From NCBI GenBank assembly GCA_963731995.1, contig CAVSXV010000012.1, forward strand, positions 6,500 through 70,499: a DNA stretch of 64,000 nt, read 5' to 3'. This DNA is from an uncultured Chloroflexia bacterium (GTDB taxonomy: Bacteria; Chloroflexota; Limnocylindria; Limnocylindrales; CSP1-4). The position numbers and the translations under genes were made by a program. The notes below the pieces were generated by a model, which was not told the DNA's origin, searched no databases, and saw nothing but the letters and a program-made list of their open reading frames with translations. Below, piece after piece: positions 12,512 to 22,320 of the stretch (positions are counted from its first letter, which is position 1; each line of letters starts with the position of its first letter).

Positions 12512-12874
12512 ATGCCAACGGCACGAAGCCGCTCCGCCGCACGTCAGAAGCGACACTCGCGGCTCCGCCTTCGCATGGCGGGGTCCGCTGAGCGACCGCG
12601 CCTGGCGGTCTTTCGGAGCATCAATCAGATCTACGCCCAGGTCATCGACGACTCCACCGGGCACACCCTCGCCGCAGCCGCTTCGACCGAGGCGCAGGTG
12701 TCGGGTGCTGGTGGGACCAAGACCGAGCGCGCCAAGCAGGTCGGCACCCTCCTGGGTGACCGGGCCAAGGCCGCTGGGGTCGAGCGAGTCGTGTTCGACC
12801 GCGCCGGGTTCAAGTACCACGGACGGATCCGTGCGCTCGCTGAGGGCGCTCGTGAGTCCGGCCTGGAGTTCTAG
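12512..12874 (+). CDS. rplR: 50S ribosomal protein L18
   Basis: …[21 protein letters not shown]…. Confidence 0.93.
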   Translation: MPTARSRSAARQKRHSRLRLRMAGSAERPRLAVFRSINQIYAQVIDDSTGHTLAAAASTEAQVSGAGGTKTERAKQVGTLLGDRAKAAGVERVVFDRAGFKYHGRIRALAEGARESGLEF

Positions 12875-12882
12875 GAGGGCCC

Positions 12883-13449
12883 ATGGCTCGGATCGATCCC
12901 AGCAAGCTCAACCTCGAGGAGCGAGTCGTCCAGATCAACCGCGTGGCCAAGGTGGTCAAGGGTGGTCGGCGCTTCAGCTTCTCCGCGGTGGTCGTCGTGG
13001 GTGACGGCGCCGGACACGTCGGTGTCGGCCTGGGCAAGGCCGGCGAGGTGCCGGAGTCCATCCGCAAGGGCGTCGAGGACGCCAAGAAGAACCTCATCAA
13101 GGTGCCGCTCGTGGGCACCACCGTGCCGCACGAGGTGCTCCAGCGGTTCGGTGCCAGCACCGTGCTCCTGAAGCCGGCCTCGCAAGGTACCGGCGTCATC
13201 GCCGGCGCCTCCGTGCGCGCCGTGGTGGAGGCGGCCGGCATCCACGACATCCTCTCCAAGTCGCTCGGCTCCAACAACCCGGTCAACGTGACCCGGGCCA
13301 CGCTCGAGGGCCTGCGCGCCATGCGCTCCGCCGCCGAGCTGTCGGAGTGGCGTGGCAAGAAGCTGCGCTCGGTCATCCCCGGCCAGCCGACGCCTGGCAG
13401 CGACGAAGCCGAGGCTACCGTGTTCGGGGAGGCCGCTGATGGCCGGTAA
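12883..13449 (+). CDS. rpsE: 30S ribosomal protein S5 (with ~20-aa C-terminal extension)
   Basis: …[34 protein letters not shown]…. Confidence 0.94.
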   Translation: MARIDPSKLNLEERVVQINRVAKVVKGGRRFSFSAVVVVGDGAGHVGVGLGKAGEVPESIRKGVEDAKKNLIKVPLVGTTVPHEVLQRFGASTVLLKPASQGTGVIAGASVRAVVEAAGIHDILSKSLGSNNPVNVTRATLEGLRAMRSAAELSEWRGKKLRSVIPGQPTPGSDEAEATVFGEAADGR

Positions 13450-13675
13450 GCTCCTCGTCACGCTCAAGAAGTCGACCGTCGGCACCAATCCCAGCGCTCG
13501 CGGCACCGTTCGCGCCCTGGGCCTGCGCCGCATCGGCCAGACTGTCGAACTGCCTGACGACCCTGCGGTGCGCGGCCAGATCCGTGCCGTCCGCTACCTC
13601 GTCGAGTTCGAGGAGGTCAAGGCGGCCCCGGCCCGGAAGTCGGCAGCCATCAAGAAGGAAGAGGCTGAGGCGTGA
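13439..13675 (+). CDS. rpmD: 50S ribosomal protein L30 (with ~20-aa Lys/Glu-rich C-terminal tail)
   Basis: [40 protein letters not shown]…; ATG 13439 overlaps the rpsE 3' end by 11 nt. The track ORF from 13352 is an upstream extension. Confidence 0.85.
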   Translation: MAGKLLVTLKKSTVGTNPSARGTVRALGLRRIGQTVELPDDPAVRGQIRAVRYLVEFEEVKAAPARKSAAIKKEEAEA

Positions 13676-14274
13676 AGCTCCATGACCTGAAGCCGGCGCC
13701 CGGCTCCCAGAAGCGGCGCATCCGTGTCGGTCGCGGTATCGCGGCCGGTCGCGGCAAGACTGCCGGTCGCGGCACCAAGGGACAGAAGTCCCGTTCCGGC
13801 GCCAGCATCCCCGGCTGGTTCGAAGGTGGCCAGACACCGATCCACGTTCGCGTTCCCAAGCTGCGTGGCTTCAAGCCCGTCAATCGCATCGAGTACCAGG
13901 TGGTCAACGTCGGCCGCCTCTCCGAGTACGCCGCCGCCGGTCGCTTCGGCGCCGAGGCCGGCTCGGAGCCCATCACCGTCAATGCCGAGGTGCTCGCCAC
14001 GGCGGGACTGATCGCGCACGCCGACCGCCCCCTGAAGGTGCTTGGCGATGGTGACCTCGAGGTCAAGGTCTTCGTGGCGGCTGATGCCTTCACCAGGACG
14101 GCCAAGGCCAAGATCGAGGCCGCCGGCGGCTACATCCAGCTGCTCGCGCCCCTGCCCGAGCCGGAGCCTGAGACCCCTGAGGCCCCCGCCGAGGAGGCCC
14201 CTGAGGCCCCCGCCGAGGAGACCCCTGCGGGCGCGGCCGAGACCGACTCCCCCGACGAGCCGGTAGCCGAGTAA
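13672..14274 (+). CDS. rplO: 50S ribosomal protein L15 with Pro/Glu/Ala-rich C-terminal extension
   Basis: [43 protein letters not shown]…; tail …PEPEPETPEAPAEEAPEAPAEETPAGAAETDSPDEPVAE. Confidence 0.92.
   Translation: MKLHDLKPAPGSQKRRIRVGRGIAAGRGKTAGRGTKGQKSRSGASIPGWFEGGQTPIHVRVPKLRGFKPVNRIEYQVVNVGRLSEYAAAGRFGAEAGSEPITVNAEVLATAGLIAHADRPLKVLGDGDLEVKVFVAADAFTRTAKAKIEAAGGYIQLLAPLPEPEPETPEAPAEEAPEAPAEETPAGAAETDSPDEPVAE
14174..14221 (+). repeat. Direct 24-nt tandem repeat (x2) inside the rplO 3' end, encoding PEAPAEEA-PEAPAEE
   Basis: cccctgaggcccccgccgaggag read twice consecutively. Confidence 0.6.
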
Positions 14275-14277
14275 CCC

Positions 14278-15564
14278 GTGTTCGAAGCACTCGTCAATGC
14301 GTTCCGTGCGCCGGATATCCGGAAGCGCATCTTCTTCATCCTGGGGATGCTCGTCATCGTCCGGATGCTGGCGCACGTGCCCGTTCCCGGCATCGACCGC
14401 GATGCCCTCGAAGGGATCATCGGCGAGAACAGCTTCCTGCAGATGCTGAACCTCTTCTCCGGAGGCGGCCTGCAGAACTTCTCCATCATCGCCCTGGGTG
14501 TGAACCCGTACATCAACGCCTCGATCATCATGCAGCTGATGACGGGTGTCGTGCCCCGCCTCCAGCAGCTCTCCCGCGAGGGTGAGTACGGCCGCGGCAA
14601 GATCAACTCGTACACGCGCTACCTGACGGTGCCGCTGGCGGTCCTGCAGTCCTACGGCTACCTGGCGCTGCTCTCGTCGGGCAGCAACCCGGCCGTCCCG
14701 AACTTCGACGTCACCAGCTTTACCACCCTGACCCAGATCATCACGCTGACCGCCGGCACCATCCTCGTGATGTGGATCGGCGAGCTCATCAGCGAGCGTG
14801 GCATCGGCAACGGCATCAGCTTCATCATCTTCGCCGGCATCGTGGCCGGCCTGCCGGGCGCGGTGAACACGTTCCTGGCCTCGCCCGATCTCGCCGCCGG
14901 CCTCGCCTTCGGCGCCCTGGCCATCGCAGCCGTCGCCATCATCGTCTACATCCAGGAGGGTCAGCGCCGCATCCCCATCCAGTACGCCAGCCGCGTCCGC
15001 GGCCGGCGCATGTACCAGGGTGGAGCCACGTTCCTGCCACTGCGCGTGAACCAGGCCGGCGTCATCCCCATCATCTTCGCCATCAGCATCCTGCTCTTCC
15101 CGGTGCAGATGGCCAGCTACTTCAGCGCCTCCGGCGGGGTCATCGAGGACGCGGCCAACGTGATCATCAGCTGGCTCAGCCAGGGCAGCCCGGTCTACGC
15201 GATCGTGTTCTTCCTGCTCGTCGTCGGGTTCACGTACTTCTACACGGCCTTCACGTTCAAACCCGACGAGACGGCCGACCAGCTTCGCAAGAACGGCGGC
15301 TTCATCCCGGGCATTCGACCGGGAGCGCCGACCCGTGACTACCTGGCCAAGGTGGTCTTCCGCATCAGCCTCGCCGGCGCTGTCTTCCTGGGCATCGTCG
15401 CGGTCAGTCCGATCATCGTCGGCTCACTCTTCGCAGGCAGCGTCATCGGTTCGTTCAGCCTCGGCGGCACGGCATTGCTCATCGTCGTGTCGGTCGTGGT
15501 GGAGACGATGAAGCAGCTTGAGGCGCAGCTGATGATGCGCAACTACGAGGGATTCATCAAGTGA
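14278..15564 (+). CDS. secY: Preprotein translocase subunit SecY
   Basis: 428 aa, multi-TM, …SIIALGVNPYINASIIMQLM… SecY signature region. Confidence 0.96.
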   Translation: MFEALVNAFRAPDIRKRIFFILGMLVIVRMLAHVPVPGIDRDALEGIIGENSFLQMLNLFSGGGLQNFSIIALGVNPYINASIIMQLMTGVVPRLQQLSREGEYGRGKINSYTRYLTVPLAVLQSYGYLALLSSGSNPAVPNFDVTSFTTLTQIITLTAGTILVMWIGELISERGIGNGISFIIFAGIVAGLPGAVNTFLASPDLAAGLAFGALAIAAVAIIVYIQEGQRRIPIQYASRVRGRRMYQGGATFLPLRVNQAGVIPIIFAISILLFPVQMASYFSASGGVIEDAANVIISWLSQGSPVYAIVFFLLVVGFTYFYTAFTFKPDETADQLRKNGGFIPGIRPGAPTRDYLAKVVFRISLAGAVFLGIVAVSPIIVGSLFAGSVIGSFSLGGTALLIVVSVVVETMKQLEAQLMMRNYEGFIK

Positions 15565-16271
15565 CATCAGCAGCTGTCGCCGATACGGCAGCTCGCAACG
15601 GGGGGACTCGCCGCATCATCGTGATGATGGGTGCCCCCGGCGCGGGCAAGGGCACCCAGGCCGAACGTCTCGCTGAGGCACTCGGGCTTCCCCACGTCTC
15701 CACCGGCGAGCTCTTCCGGGCCATGCGCAAGAGCGACACGCCGTTGGCCAAGCAGGTCCGGGAGTACATGGATTCGGGGGCCCTTGTCCCTGACGACATC
15801 GTGGTGGCCATGGTCGATGACCGCCTGACCTGGAAGGACGCCACGGCTGGCGTCATCCTCGATGGCTTTCCGCGCACCGTGGCCCAGGCCATAGCGCTCG
15901 ACGAGATGCTGGCCCGGGCCGGCACCGCCGTGGCCGCGGTACCCTACATCGAGGTCCCGCAGGACCTGCTGCTGGCGCGTCTCACTGGCCGTCGCATCTG
16001 CACCCTCGACGACCAGCACGTCTACCACCTCGTGGGCATGCCGCCGATGCAGGACGGCATCTGCGACATCGATGGCGCCGAGCTCTACCAGCGCGCTGAC
16101 GATAGCGAGGAGACGGTTCGAGACCGCCTCGAGATGCAGCTGCCGCCGATGTTCGAGGTCGTCGACTACTACGCCGGCAACAACGTCCTCTTCTCTGTCC
16201 CCGGCGACCAGCCGCCCGGAGCCGTGACCGAGGAGCTGCTGCGCCTCATCAACAGCAAGACGACCGCCTAG
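15561..16271 (+). CDS. adk: Adenylate kinase
   Basis: P-loop GAPGAGKGTQA; C4-less lid region; GTG start overlapping the secY stop; ~19-aa N-terminal extension relative to typical Adk. Confidence 0.9.
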   Translation: MTSAAVADTAARNGGTRRIIVMMGAPGAGKGTQAERLAEALGLPHVSTGELFRAMRKSDTPLAKQVREYMDSGALVPDDIVVAMVDDRLTWKDATAGVILDGFPRTVAQAIALDEMLARAGTAVAAVPYIEVPQDLLLARLTGRRICTLDDQHVYHLVGMPPMQDGICDIDGAELYQRADDSEETVRDRLEMQLPPMFEVVDYYAGNNVLFSVPGDQPPGAVTEELLRLINSKTTA

Positions 16272-17096
16272 GTGCTCTTCGACCGTCGGCGCGTGGTGCT
16301 CAAGTCTCGATCGCAGATCGAGAAGATGGCCGTGGCCGGTCGCCTCACCGCAGTTGCGCTCGACGCGGTCGCCGCGGCCATCCGACCGGGCCTCACGCCG
16401 CTGCAGCTCAACGCCATCGCCGACGAGGTCATCCGCGACGGGGGAGGGACGCCCAACTTCATCGGCGTCGAGGGCCACCTTGCCCCGTTCCAGCACGCGA
16501 CCTGTATCTCCATCGACGACGAGGTCGTGCACGGTATCCCCGATGACCGGGTCATCGAGGAGGGCATGATGGTCTCGGTCGACTGCGGAGCGGAGGTGGA
16601 CGGCTGGAACGGCGACTCCGCGAGGACCTTCCTGCTGGGCGAGGTCGCACCCGAGAAGCGGAGGCTCTCTGAGGTCACGCGCGCGGGCATGCTCGCCGGT
16701 GTGAAGGCATCGGTCCCCGGTGCCACGCTCGAGGACGTCGCAGGCGCCATCGAGGATGTCGGGCTCGCGGCCGGCTACGGCATCGTCCGCGGCTACGTCG
16801 GCCACGGCATCGGCAACGAGATGCACGAGGAGCCGCAGGTCACCAACTATCGGACCGGGCGCCGCGGTCGAAAGATCGAGGTCGGTCTGTGCATCGCCAT
16901 CGAGCCCATGTTCACCATCGGCTCCTTCGAGACGCGCGTGAAGGCAGACGGCTGGACGGTGGCCACCGCTGACGGCAGCCTGGCTGCGCACTGGGAGCAC
17001 ACCATCGCCATCACCGCTGACGGTCCGCGCGTCCTGACGCTCGCCGCCGGCGAGGCCATCGAGGGCCTCAGCCCCACGGCCGGAGTGAGCGCATGA
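16272..17096 (+). CDS. map: Methionine aminopeptidase, type I
   Basis: …ISIDDEVVHGIPDDRVIEEGMMVSVDCGAEVDGWNGDSARTF…HGIGNEMHEEPQV… metal-ligand pattern. Confidence 0.93.
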   Translation: MLFDRRRVVLKSRSQIEKMAVAGRLTAVALDAVAAAIRPGLTPLQLNAIADEVIRDGGGTPNFIGVEGHLAPFQHATCISIDDEVVHGIPDDRVIEEGMMVSVDCGAEVDGWNGDSARTFLLGEVAPEKRRLSEVTRAGMLAGVKASVPGATLEDVAGAIEDVGLAAGYGIVRGYVGHGIGNEMHEEPQVTNYRTGRRGRKIEVGLCIAIEPMFTIGSFETRVKADGWTVATADGSLAAHWEHTIAITADGPRVLTLAAGEAIEGLSPTAGVSA

Positions 17097-17153
17097 GCTC
17101 AGCCCGGCCCCCGGTTGCGGGTTCAGGTGGACTTCTGATACACTCATCATTCG

Positions 17154-17174
17154 CGCGCAGGGAATGCCCCTGCG
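17154..17174 (+). promoter_or_regulatory. GC-rich hairpin GCGCAGGG-aatgc-CCCTGCGC in the map/infA intergenic region (possible terminator/attenuator)
   Basis: Perfect 8-bp inverted repeat read directly from the sequence; followed by TTGCTGG. Confidence 0.3.
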
Positions 17175-17260
17175 CTTGCTGGCGCCCGGCTGACGAACTC
17201 CGTTTCCGGCTTCCGGGGCGCCGATCATCCCAACAAGTAGTCGGGGTCTAGCGGTCGCCT

Positions 17261-17479
17261 GTGGCTAAGCGAGATGCAATCGAGGTCGAAGGAACGGTCA
17301 TCGAGCCGTTGCCCAACACCATGTTCCGAATCGAGCTCGAGGACAAGCATCAGGTGCTGGCACACATCAGCGGCAAGCTGCGGATGAACTTCATCCGCAT
17401 CCTCCCCGGCGATCGCGTACGCGTGGAGCTGTCGCCTTACGACCTCTCCCGTGGCCGCATCACATATCGACTCAAGTAG
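17261..17479 (+). CDS. infA: Translation initiation factor IF-1
   Basis: [72 protein letters not shown]. Confidence 0.96.
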   Translation: MAKRDAIEVEGTVIEPLPNTMFRIELEDKHQVLAHISGKLRMNFIRILPGDRVRVELSPYDLSRGRITYRLK

Positions 17480-17497
17480 GACGCAGGGTAGGACGAC

Positions 17498-17611
17498 GTG
17501 AAGGTCTCTGCATCGGTAAAGAGGCGCTGCGATCGCTGCAAGGTGATCCGGCGTAAGGGGCGAGTGATGATCATCTGCTCCAACCCCAAGCACAAGCAGC
17601 GCCAGGGCTAG
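17498..17611 (+). CDS. rpmJ: 50S ribosomal protein L36 (37 aa; below the ORF-track length cutoff)
   Basis: Manual translation from GTG 17498: [37 protein letters not shown], stop 17609-17611. Confidence 0.9.
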   Translation: MKVSASVKRRCDRCKVIRRKGRVMIICSNPKHKQRQG

Positions 17612-17619
17612 GAGGAACG

Positions 17620-17991
17620 GTGGCACGTATCGCCGGCATCGATATCCCCCGCGAGAAGCGGGTGGAGATCTCGCTGACCTACATCTATGGGATCGGGCTG
17701 TCCACCAGTCAGAAGGTCCTCACACAGGCCAACGTGAACCCGGACACGCGCGTCCGAGACCTCACCGATGAGCAGGTCAATCGCCTGCGCGAGATCATCG
17801 ACCGCCGCTACACCGTCGAGGGCGATCTGCGCCGCGAGACGGCCATGAACATCAAGCGGTTGGGGGAGATCGGTTCCTACCGCGGCCTGCGGCACCGGCG
17901 CAACCTGCCGGTCCGTGGCCAGCGCACCAAGACCAACGCACGTCAGCGACGCGGTCCCAAGAAGACCGTCGGCATCCGACGCAGGAAGTAA
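17620..17991 (+). CDS. rpsM: 30S ribosomal protein S13
   Basis: [26 protein letters not shown]…. Confidence 0.96.
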   Translation: MARIAGIDIPREKRVEISLTYIYGIGLSTSQKVLTQANVNPDTRVRDLTDEQVNRLREIIDRRYTVEGDLRRETAMNIKRLGEIGSYRGLRHRRNLPVRGQRTKTNARQRRGPKKTVGIRRRK

Positions 17992-18065
17992 CCCACAACG
18001 CCACCGCGGCCCAGCCCCAGTAGCTGGCCGACCGCGCGGCGAGACGCAGGAGAGACACTCGATCG

Positions 18066-18461
18066 ATGGCGGAACGAAAGCGCGCCACGAAGTCCAGGCG
18101 CAAGGAGAAGAAGAACGTGCCCCAGGGGCATGTCCATATCCAGGCGTCCTTCAACAACACGATCGTGACGATCACGGACCTCAGTGGCGCAGTCGTGGCT
18201 TGGGGCAGTGCCGGCACAGCCGGGTTCAAGGGCTCTCGCAAGTCCACCCCCTACGCCGCGGCCCTCGCTGCCGATGGTGCCGCCAAGCGCGCCATGGAGC
18301 ACGGCATGCGCCAGATCGAGGTCTTCGTGAAGGGCCCCGGTTCTGGTCGCGAACAGGCCATCCGGTCGCTGCAGGCGGCCGGCCTCGAGGTCAGCGCCAT
18401 CACCGACGTCACTCCGCTCCCGCACAACGGCTGCCGCGCCCCCAAGCGGCGCCGGGTCTAG
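18066..18461 (+). CDS. rpsK: 30S ribosomal protein S11
   Basis: …[45 protein letters not shown]…. Confidence 0.96.
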   Translation: MAERKRATKSRRKEKKNVPQGHVHIQASFNNTIVTITDLSGAVVAWGSAGTAGFKGSRKSTPYAAALAADGAAKRAMEHGMRQIEVFVKGPGSGREQAIRSLQAAGLEVSAITDVTPLPHNGCRAPKRRRV

Positions 18462-18472
18462 GGAGGCCGATC

Positions 18473-19099
18473 ATGAGTCGATACCGCGGACCAGTGTCCC
18501 GCCTGTGCCGTCGCGAGGGCATGAAGCTGTACCTCAAGGGCAGCAAGTGCTACACCAAGAAGTGCCCCTTCGAGCGTCGTGGCACGCCGCCCGGCCAGCA
18601 CGGCATCCGCCGCCGCAAGATGTCCAACTACGGCATCCAGCTTCGCGAGAAGCAGAAGGTGCGTCGCGTCTACATGGTCAACGAGCGGCCCTTCAAGAAG
18701 TATTACGACACCGCGGCTTCACGCCCCGGTGTCACCGGCGAGAACCTGCTGCGCCTGCTCGAGACCCGTCTCGACAACGTGGTGTACCGCATGGGCTTCG
18801 CCAGCAGCCGCCCCCAGGCCCGCCAGCTCGTCGGCCATGGCCATTTCGAGGTCAACGGCGTGCGCACCAACATCCCCTCGTTCCGCGTCCGCGAGGGCGA
18901 CAAGATCGAGGTTCGTGGCACCAGCCGCAAGACCGAATACTTCAAGCAGCTGAAGGACGCCATCGGTGGCGCCCAGAAGCCTGATTGGGTCAACGTCGAC
19001 GCCGACAAGCTCGTTGGCACCGTCGCCGCACTGCCGACCCGCGACCAGATGCCGCTCGAGCTCAACGAGCAGCTCGTGGTCGAGTACTACTCGAGGTAG
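18473..19099 (+). CDS. rpsD: 30S ribosomal protein S4
   Basis: MSRYRGPVSRLCRREGMKLYLKGSKCYTKKCPFERR…; ATG 18473 preceded by GGGAGG (18461-18466). The 394-aa track ORF from 17915 is an in-frame upstream extension through rpsK (other frame) and the intergenic region. Confidence 0.93.
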   Translation: MSRYRGPVSRLCRREGMKLYLKGSKCYTKKCPFERRGTPPGQHGIRRRKMSNYGIQLREKQKVRRVYMVNERPFKKYYDTAASRPGVTGENLLRLLETRLDNVVYRMGFASSRPQARQLVGHGHFEVNGVRTNIPSFRVREGDKIEVRGTSRKTEYFKQLKDAIGGAQKPDWVNVDADKLVGTVAALPTRDQMPLELNEQLVVEYYSR

Positions 19100-19108
19100 C
19101 GCCAGCAC

Positions 19109-20131
19109 ATGATCGAGTTGGAGAACGCCCAGATCGAGTCCGTCGAGGAGCTCGAGACTGAGACGTACGGTAAGTACGAGGCCAGCCCGCTACGTGCGGG
19201 CTACGGCGTCACCCTGGGCAACGCGCTTCGTCGTGTGCTGCTCTCGTCCCTCGAGGGCGCGGCCGTCACGTCTGTCCAGATCCGCGACGTCAGCCATGAG
19301 TTCAGCACCATCGCCGGGGTCAAGGAGGATGTCATCCAGATCCTCCTCAACCTCAAGCGGCTGCGGCTCAAGAGCTACGTCCCCCACCCGACCCAGCTGA
19401 AGCTCGTCAAGAGCGGCGCCGGGCCGGTCACCGCGGCCGACATCGTCGAGTCCGCGGACATCGAGATCGTCAATCCCGACCAGCACATCCTGACCTTGGA
19501 GCCGGACGCGACCATCGAGATGGACCTGACCGTGGAGCGTGGCACCGGCTACCTGTCCGCGGACGACACCAAGGAAGGCCTGCCCATCGGGGTCATCCCC
19601 GTGGACGCCATCTTCACGCCCGTGCGCAAGGTCGACTATCACGTCGAGAACACCCGCGTCGGGCAGGTCACCAATTACGACAAGCTGACGCTCGAGATCG
19701 AGACGGACGGCACCATCTCCCCGGAGGAAGCGCTCTCGCGCGCCGCGGAGATGCTCGTGGAGCAGTTCGGTCAGTTCACCACGGCCGGCCGGCAGCTCAC
19801 CAGCGAGGTCGAGGCCGTGAGCGGCCAGGAGACGCTGCCGCCCAACGTGCTTGACATGCCCATCGAGGACCTGGACCTGCCGATGCGGGCCTACAACTCG
19901 CTGAAGCGCAACAACATCGTCAAGGTCGGGCAGCTGCTGCAGCTCCAGGACGAGGACCTGCTGCGGATGCGCAACTTCGGCAAGAAGTCCCTCGACGAGA
20001 TGAAGGACCGGCTGCGCATGCGCGGGTTCCTCCCGCCTGAGGATGAGGCGCTCGAGGGCTTCGAGGACGAGTCCGCTGAGGACGAGGACGTCGAGGTCGC
20101 TGACGAGCCCTTCGCCGAGGAGGACGCGTAG
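19109..20131 (+). CDS. rpoA: DNA-directed RNA polymerase subunit alpha
   Basis: 340 aa; N-terminal dimerisation domain and C-terminal domain (…NSLKRNNIVKVGQLLQLQDEDLLRMRNFGKKSLDE…). Confidence 0.96.
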   Translation: MIELENAQIESVEELETETYGKYEASPLRAGYGVTLGNALRRVLLSSLEGAAVTSVQIRDVSHEFSTIAGVKEDVIQILLNLKRLRLKSYVPHPTQLKLVKSGAGPVTAADIVESADIEIVNPDQHILTLEPDATIEMDLTVERGTGYLSADDTKEGLPIGVIPVDAIFTPVRKVDYHVENTRVGQVTNYDKLTLEIETDGTISPEEALSRAAEMLVEQFGQFTTAGRQLTSEVEAVSGQETLPPNVLDMPIEDLDLPMRAYNSLKRNNIVKVGQLLQLQDEDLLRMRNFGKKSLDEMKDRLRMRGFLPPEDEALEGFEDESAEDEDVEVADEPFAEEDA

Positions 20132-20134
20132 GCG

Positions 20135-20488
20135 ATGGCACATCGCATCGATGGCCGCAAGTTCGGCCGCAAGACCGCACCCCGTCAGGCCATGTACGCC
20201 AACCTCATCGTGGCTGTCCTGCGCTACGAACAGATCAAGACCACCGAGGCCCGCGCCAAGGAGGTGCGGGGCATGGTCGAGCGTGTCATCACGCTGGCCA
20301 AGGGTGGTTCGCTCGCCGAGCGTCGCCGCATCGTGGCCGAGCTGCCCGATGAGCCGCTCGTGATCGAGAAGCTCTACGACGAGATCGTGCCCCGTTATGG
20401 GGATCGCAACTCGGGCTACACCCGGGTCGTGAAGCTCGGCCCTCGTGCCGGCGACAGCGCCCCGATGGTCCAGCTCGAGCTCGTCTAG
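20135..20488 (+). CDS. rplQ: 50S ribosomal protein L17
   Basis: MAHRIDGRKFGRKTAPRQAMYANL…. Confidence 0.95.
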   Translation: MAHRIDGRKFGRKTAPRQAMYANLIVAVLRYEQIKTTEARAKEVRGMVERVITLAKGGSLAERRRIVAELPDEPLVIEKLYDEIVPRYGDRNSGYTRVVKLGPRAGDSAPMVQLELV

Positions 20489-20535
20489 CCAACCCGCCTG
20501 ACCGGGCGCGTGAGCGTCAGGGAACGACGGACAAG

Positions 20536-21360
20536 ATGAAGCACGCCCGAGAGGGCGGCCCCGTGCGGTATCGCGCACGGGTCGAATATGACGGCACGGA
20601 GTTCGCCGGCTTCCAGGCCCAGCCTGGTCGTCGGACCGTCCAGGGAGAGCTGGAGCGCGTGTTGGTCCACCTGTCGGGTGAGCCCACCATCCGGATCAAA
20701 GCGGCCGGTCGGACGGACGCCGGAGTCCATGCCACCGGGCAGGTGATCGCGTTCACCTGGTCCGGCGGGATGGCTGCGTCGGAGCTTGGTCAGGCGATCG
20801 GGGCATTGTTGCCCCCGGACGTCGCGATCGGGCCACTGACGCGGGTGGCGCTCGACTTCGATCCTCGTCGCGCCGCGACGCGGAGGGAGTATCGCTACAG
20901 CATCTGGACCGGACCGCGCAAACCACTCGGTCGGCGCACCGTCCACGAACTCGATGAACCGCTCGATGCCGGAGCCATGCACGAGGCCGCCCAGCAGCTG
21001 GTCGGCCGGCACGACTTCTCGGCCTTCGGACGCGTTCAGGGCACGTCTGTCCGGACGCTCTATGAGATCCGGGTACGCAGGCGAGGTCACCTGGTCACGA
21101 TCGACGTGGCTGGCGACGCCTTCCTGCAGCAGATGGTGCGAAGCATCGTGGCCGCCCTCATCCGTATCGGGATGGGACGGGCCACAGCAGAGGACCTCGA
21201 CCGCGAGCTGCGCTCGCCGGGACGGGCCTTCGAAGGGGCGGTCGTCCCCGCACACGGGCTTTGCCTGCGGCGGGTGGTGATCGGACCGTCACGAACCAGG
21301 ACAACGACAAGGAAGCACGACAGGGGCCATGAGCAGGACCTACACGCCAAAGGCAAGTGA
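20536..21360 (+). CDS. truA: tRNA pseudouridine(38-40) synthase
   Basis: …[29 protein letters not shown]…[15 protein letters not shown]… catalytic Asp motif; 3' end overlaps rplM by 32 nt. Confidence 0.88.
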   Translation: MKHAREGGPVRYRARVEYDGTEFAGFQAQPGRRTVQGELERVLVHLSGEPTIRIKAAGRTDAGVHATGQVIAFTWSGGMAASELGQAIGALLPPDVAIGPLTRVALDFDPRRAATRREYRYSIWTGPRKPLGRRTVHELDEPLDAGAMHEAAQQLVGRHDFSAFGRVQGTSVRTLYEIRVRRRGHLVTIDVAGDAFLQQMVRSIVAALIRIGMGRATAEDLDRELRSPGRAFEGAVVPAHGLCLRRVVIGPSRTRTTTRKHDRGHEQDLHAKGK

Positions 21361-21772
21361 GATCGAGCGCCAGTGGTTGGTCGTCGATGCCGACGGTCAG
21401 ACGCTCGGCCGTCTCGCCACGCGTGTGGCGCGACTGCTGACGGGCAAGCACAAGCCCACGTACTCGACCCACATCGATACCGGTGACCACGTCATCGTCA
21501 TCAACGCCGAGAAGATCAAGGTCACCGGCAACAAGCTGGAGACCAAGCACTACTACCGGCACAGCGGCTATCCCGGCGGTTTCCGCGAGGAGAAGCTGAG
21601 CCACTTGCTGGATCGTCGGCCCGAAGAGGTCGTCCGCCGCGCGGTCAAGGGCATGGTCCCGCACACGCGTCTCGGCACCCAGCAGATGCGCAAGCTCAAG
21701 GTCTACGCAGGATCCAAGCACCCGCATGAGGCACAGCAGCCGGTTCCCGCTCCGGCAGGAGGCGCTAACTGA
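21329..21772 (+). CDS. rplM: 50S ribosomal protein L13
   Basis: [30 protein letters not shown]…. Confidence 0.95.
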   Translation: MSRTYTPKASEIERQWLVVDADGQTLGRLATRVARLLTGKHKPTYSTHIDTGDHVIVINAEKIKVTGNKLETKHYYRHSGYPGGFREEKLSHLLDRRPEEVVRRAVKGMVPHTRLGTQQMRKLKVYAGSKHPHEAQQPVPAPAGGAN

Positions 21773-22167
21773 TGAACCAGGTCACCTTCCACGAGGGCAC
21801 CGGCCGCCGCAAGACGGCCATCGCACGTGTCCGCCTGCTGACGGGTGAGGGTGAGGTCGTGGTCAACGGCCGCAGCCTCGAGGAGCACTTCGGCAACGCC
21901 GTCGACCTGCAGGACATCCTCATGCCCTTCCGGGTCACCAACACCGAGGGCAAGTTCAACGCCATGGTCAAGGTGCACGGTGGCGGCCACCACGGCCAGG
22001 CCGGAGCCATCCGCCACGGCATCGCCCGCGCCATCCTGCAGTCGGACCCCGAGGCGCGCGTGCCGCTGCGCCAGGCCGGCCTTCTCTCGCGCGACCCGCG
22101 CATGAAGGAACGCAAGAAGTACGGCCTCAAGCGAGCCCGCAAGGCGCCGCAGTTCACCAAGCGCTAG
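21772..22167 (+). CDS. rpsI: 30S ribosomal protein S9
   Basis: …[19 protein letters not shown]…[12 protein letters not shown]. Confidence 0.95.
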   Translation: MNQVTFHEGTGRRKTAIARVRLLTGEGEVVVNGRSLEEHFGNAVDLQDILMPFRVTNTEGKFNAMVKVHGGGHHGQAGAIRHGIARAILQSDPEARVPLRQAGLLSRDPRMKERKKYGLKRARKAPQFTKR

Positions 22168-22168
22168 T

Positions 22169-22238
22169 CTCGTCCAGGGACGAGGCTGCGCCGCCGCACT
22201 CTGGCGGCAGTCCCGGCCGGGGTGGAGGTCCACCCCGG
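22169..22238 (+). terminator. Two GC-rich hairpins downstream of rpsI: CTCGTCC-ag-GGACGAG (22169-22184) and CCGGGGTGGA-gg-TCCACCCCGG (22217-22238); putative end of the ribosomal supercluster (no U-tract)
   Basis: Inverted repeats read directly from the sequence immediately after the rpsI stop. Confidence 0.35.
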
Positions 22239-22320
22239 ACCGCCGGCAAGCACACCGAGCGACAGCCCGGGACCTTCGTGGCATCGTCCCGGGCCCCTTG
22301 ATGCCTGAGGCTCGTAGACG

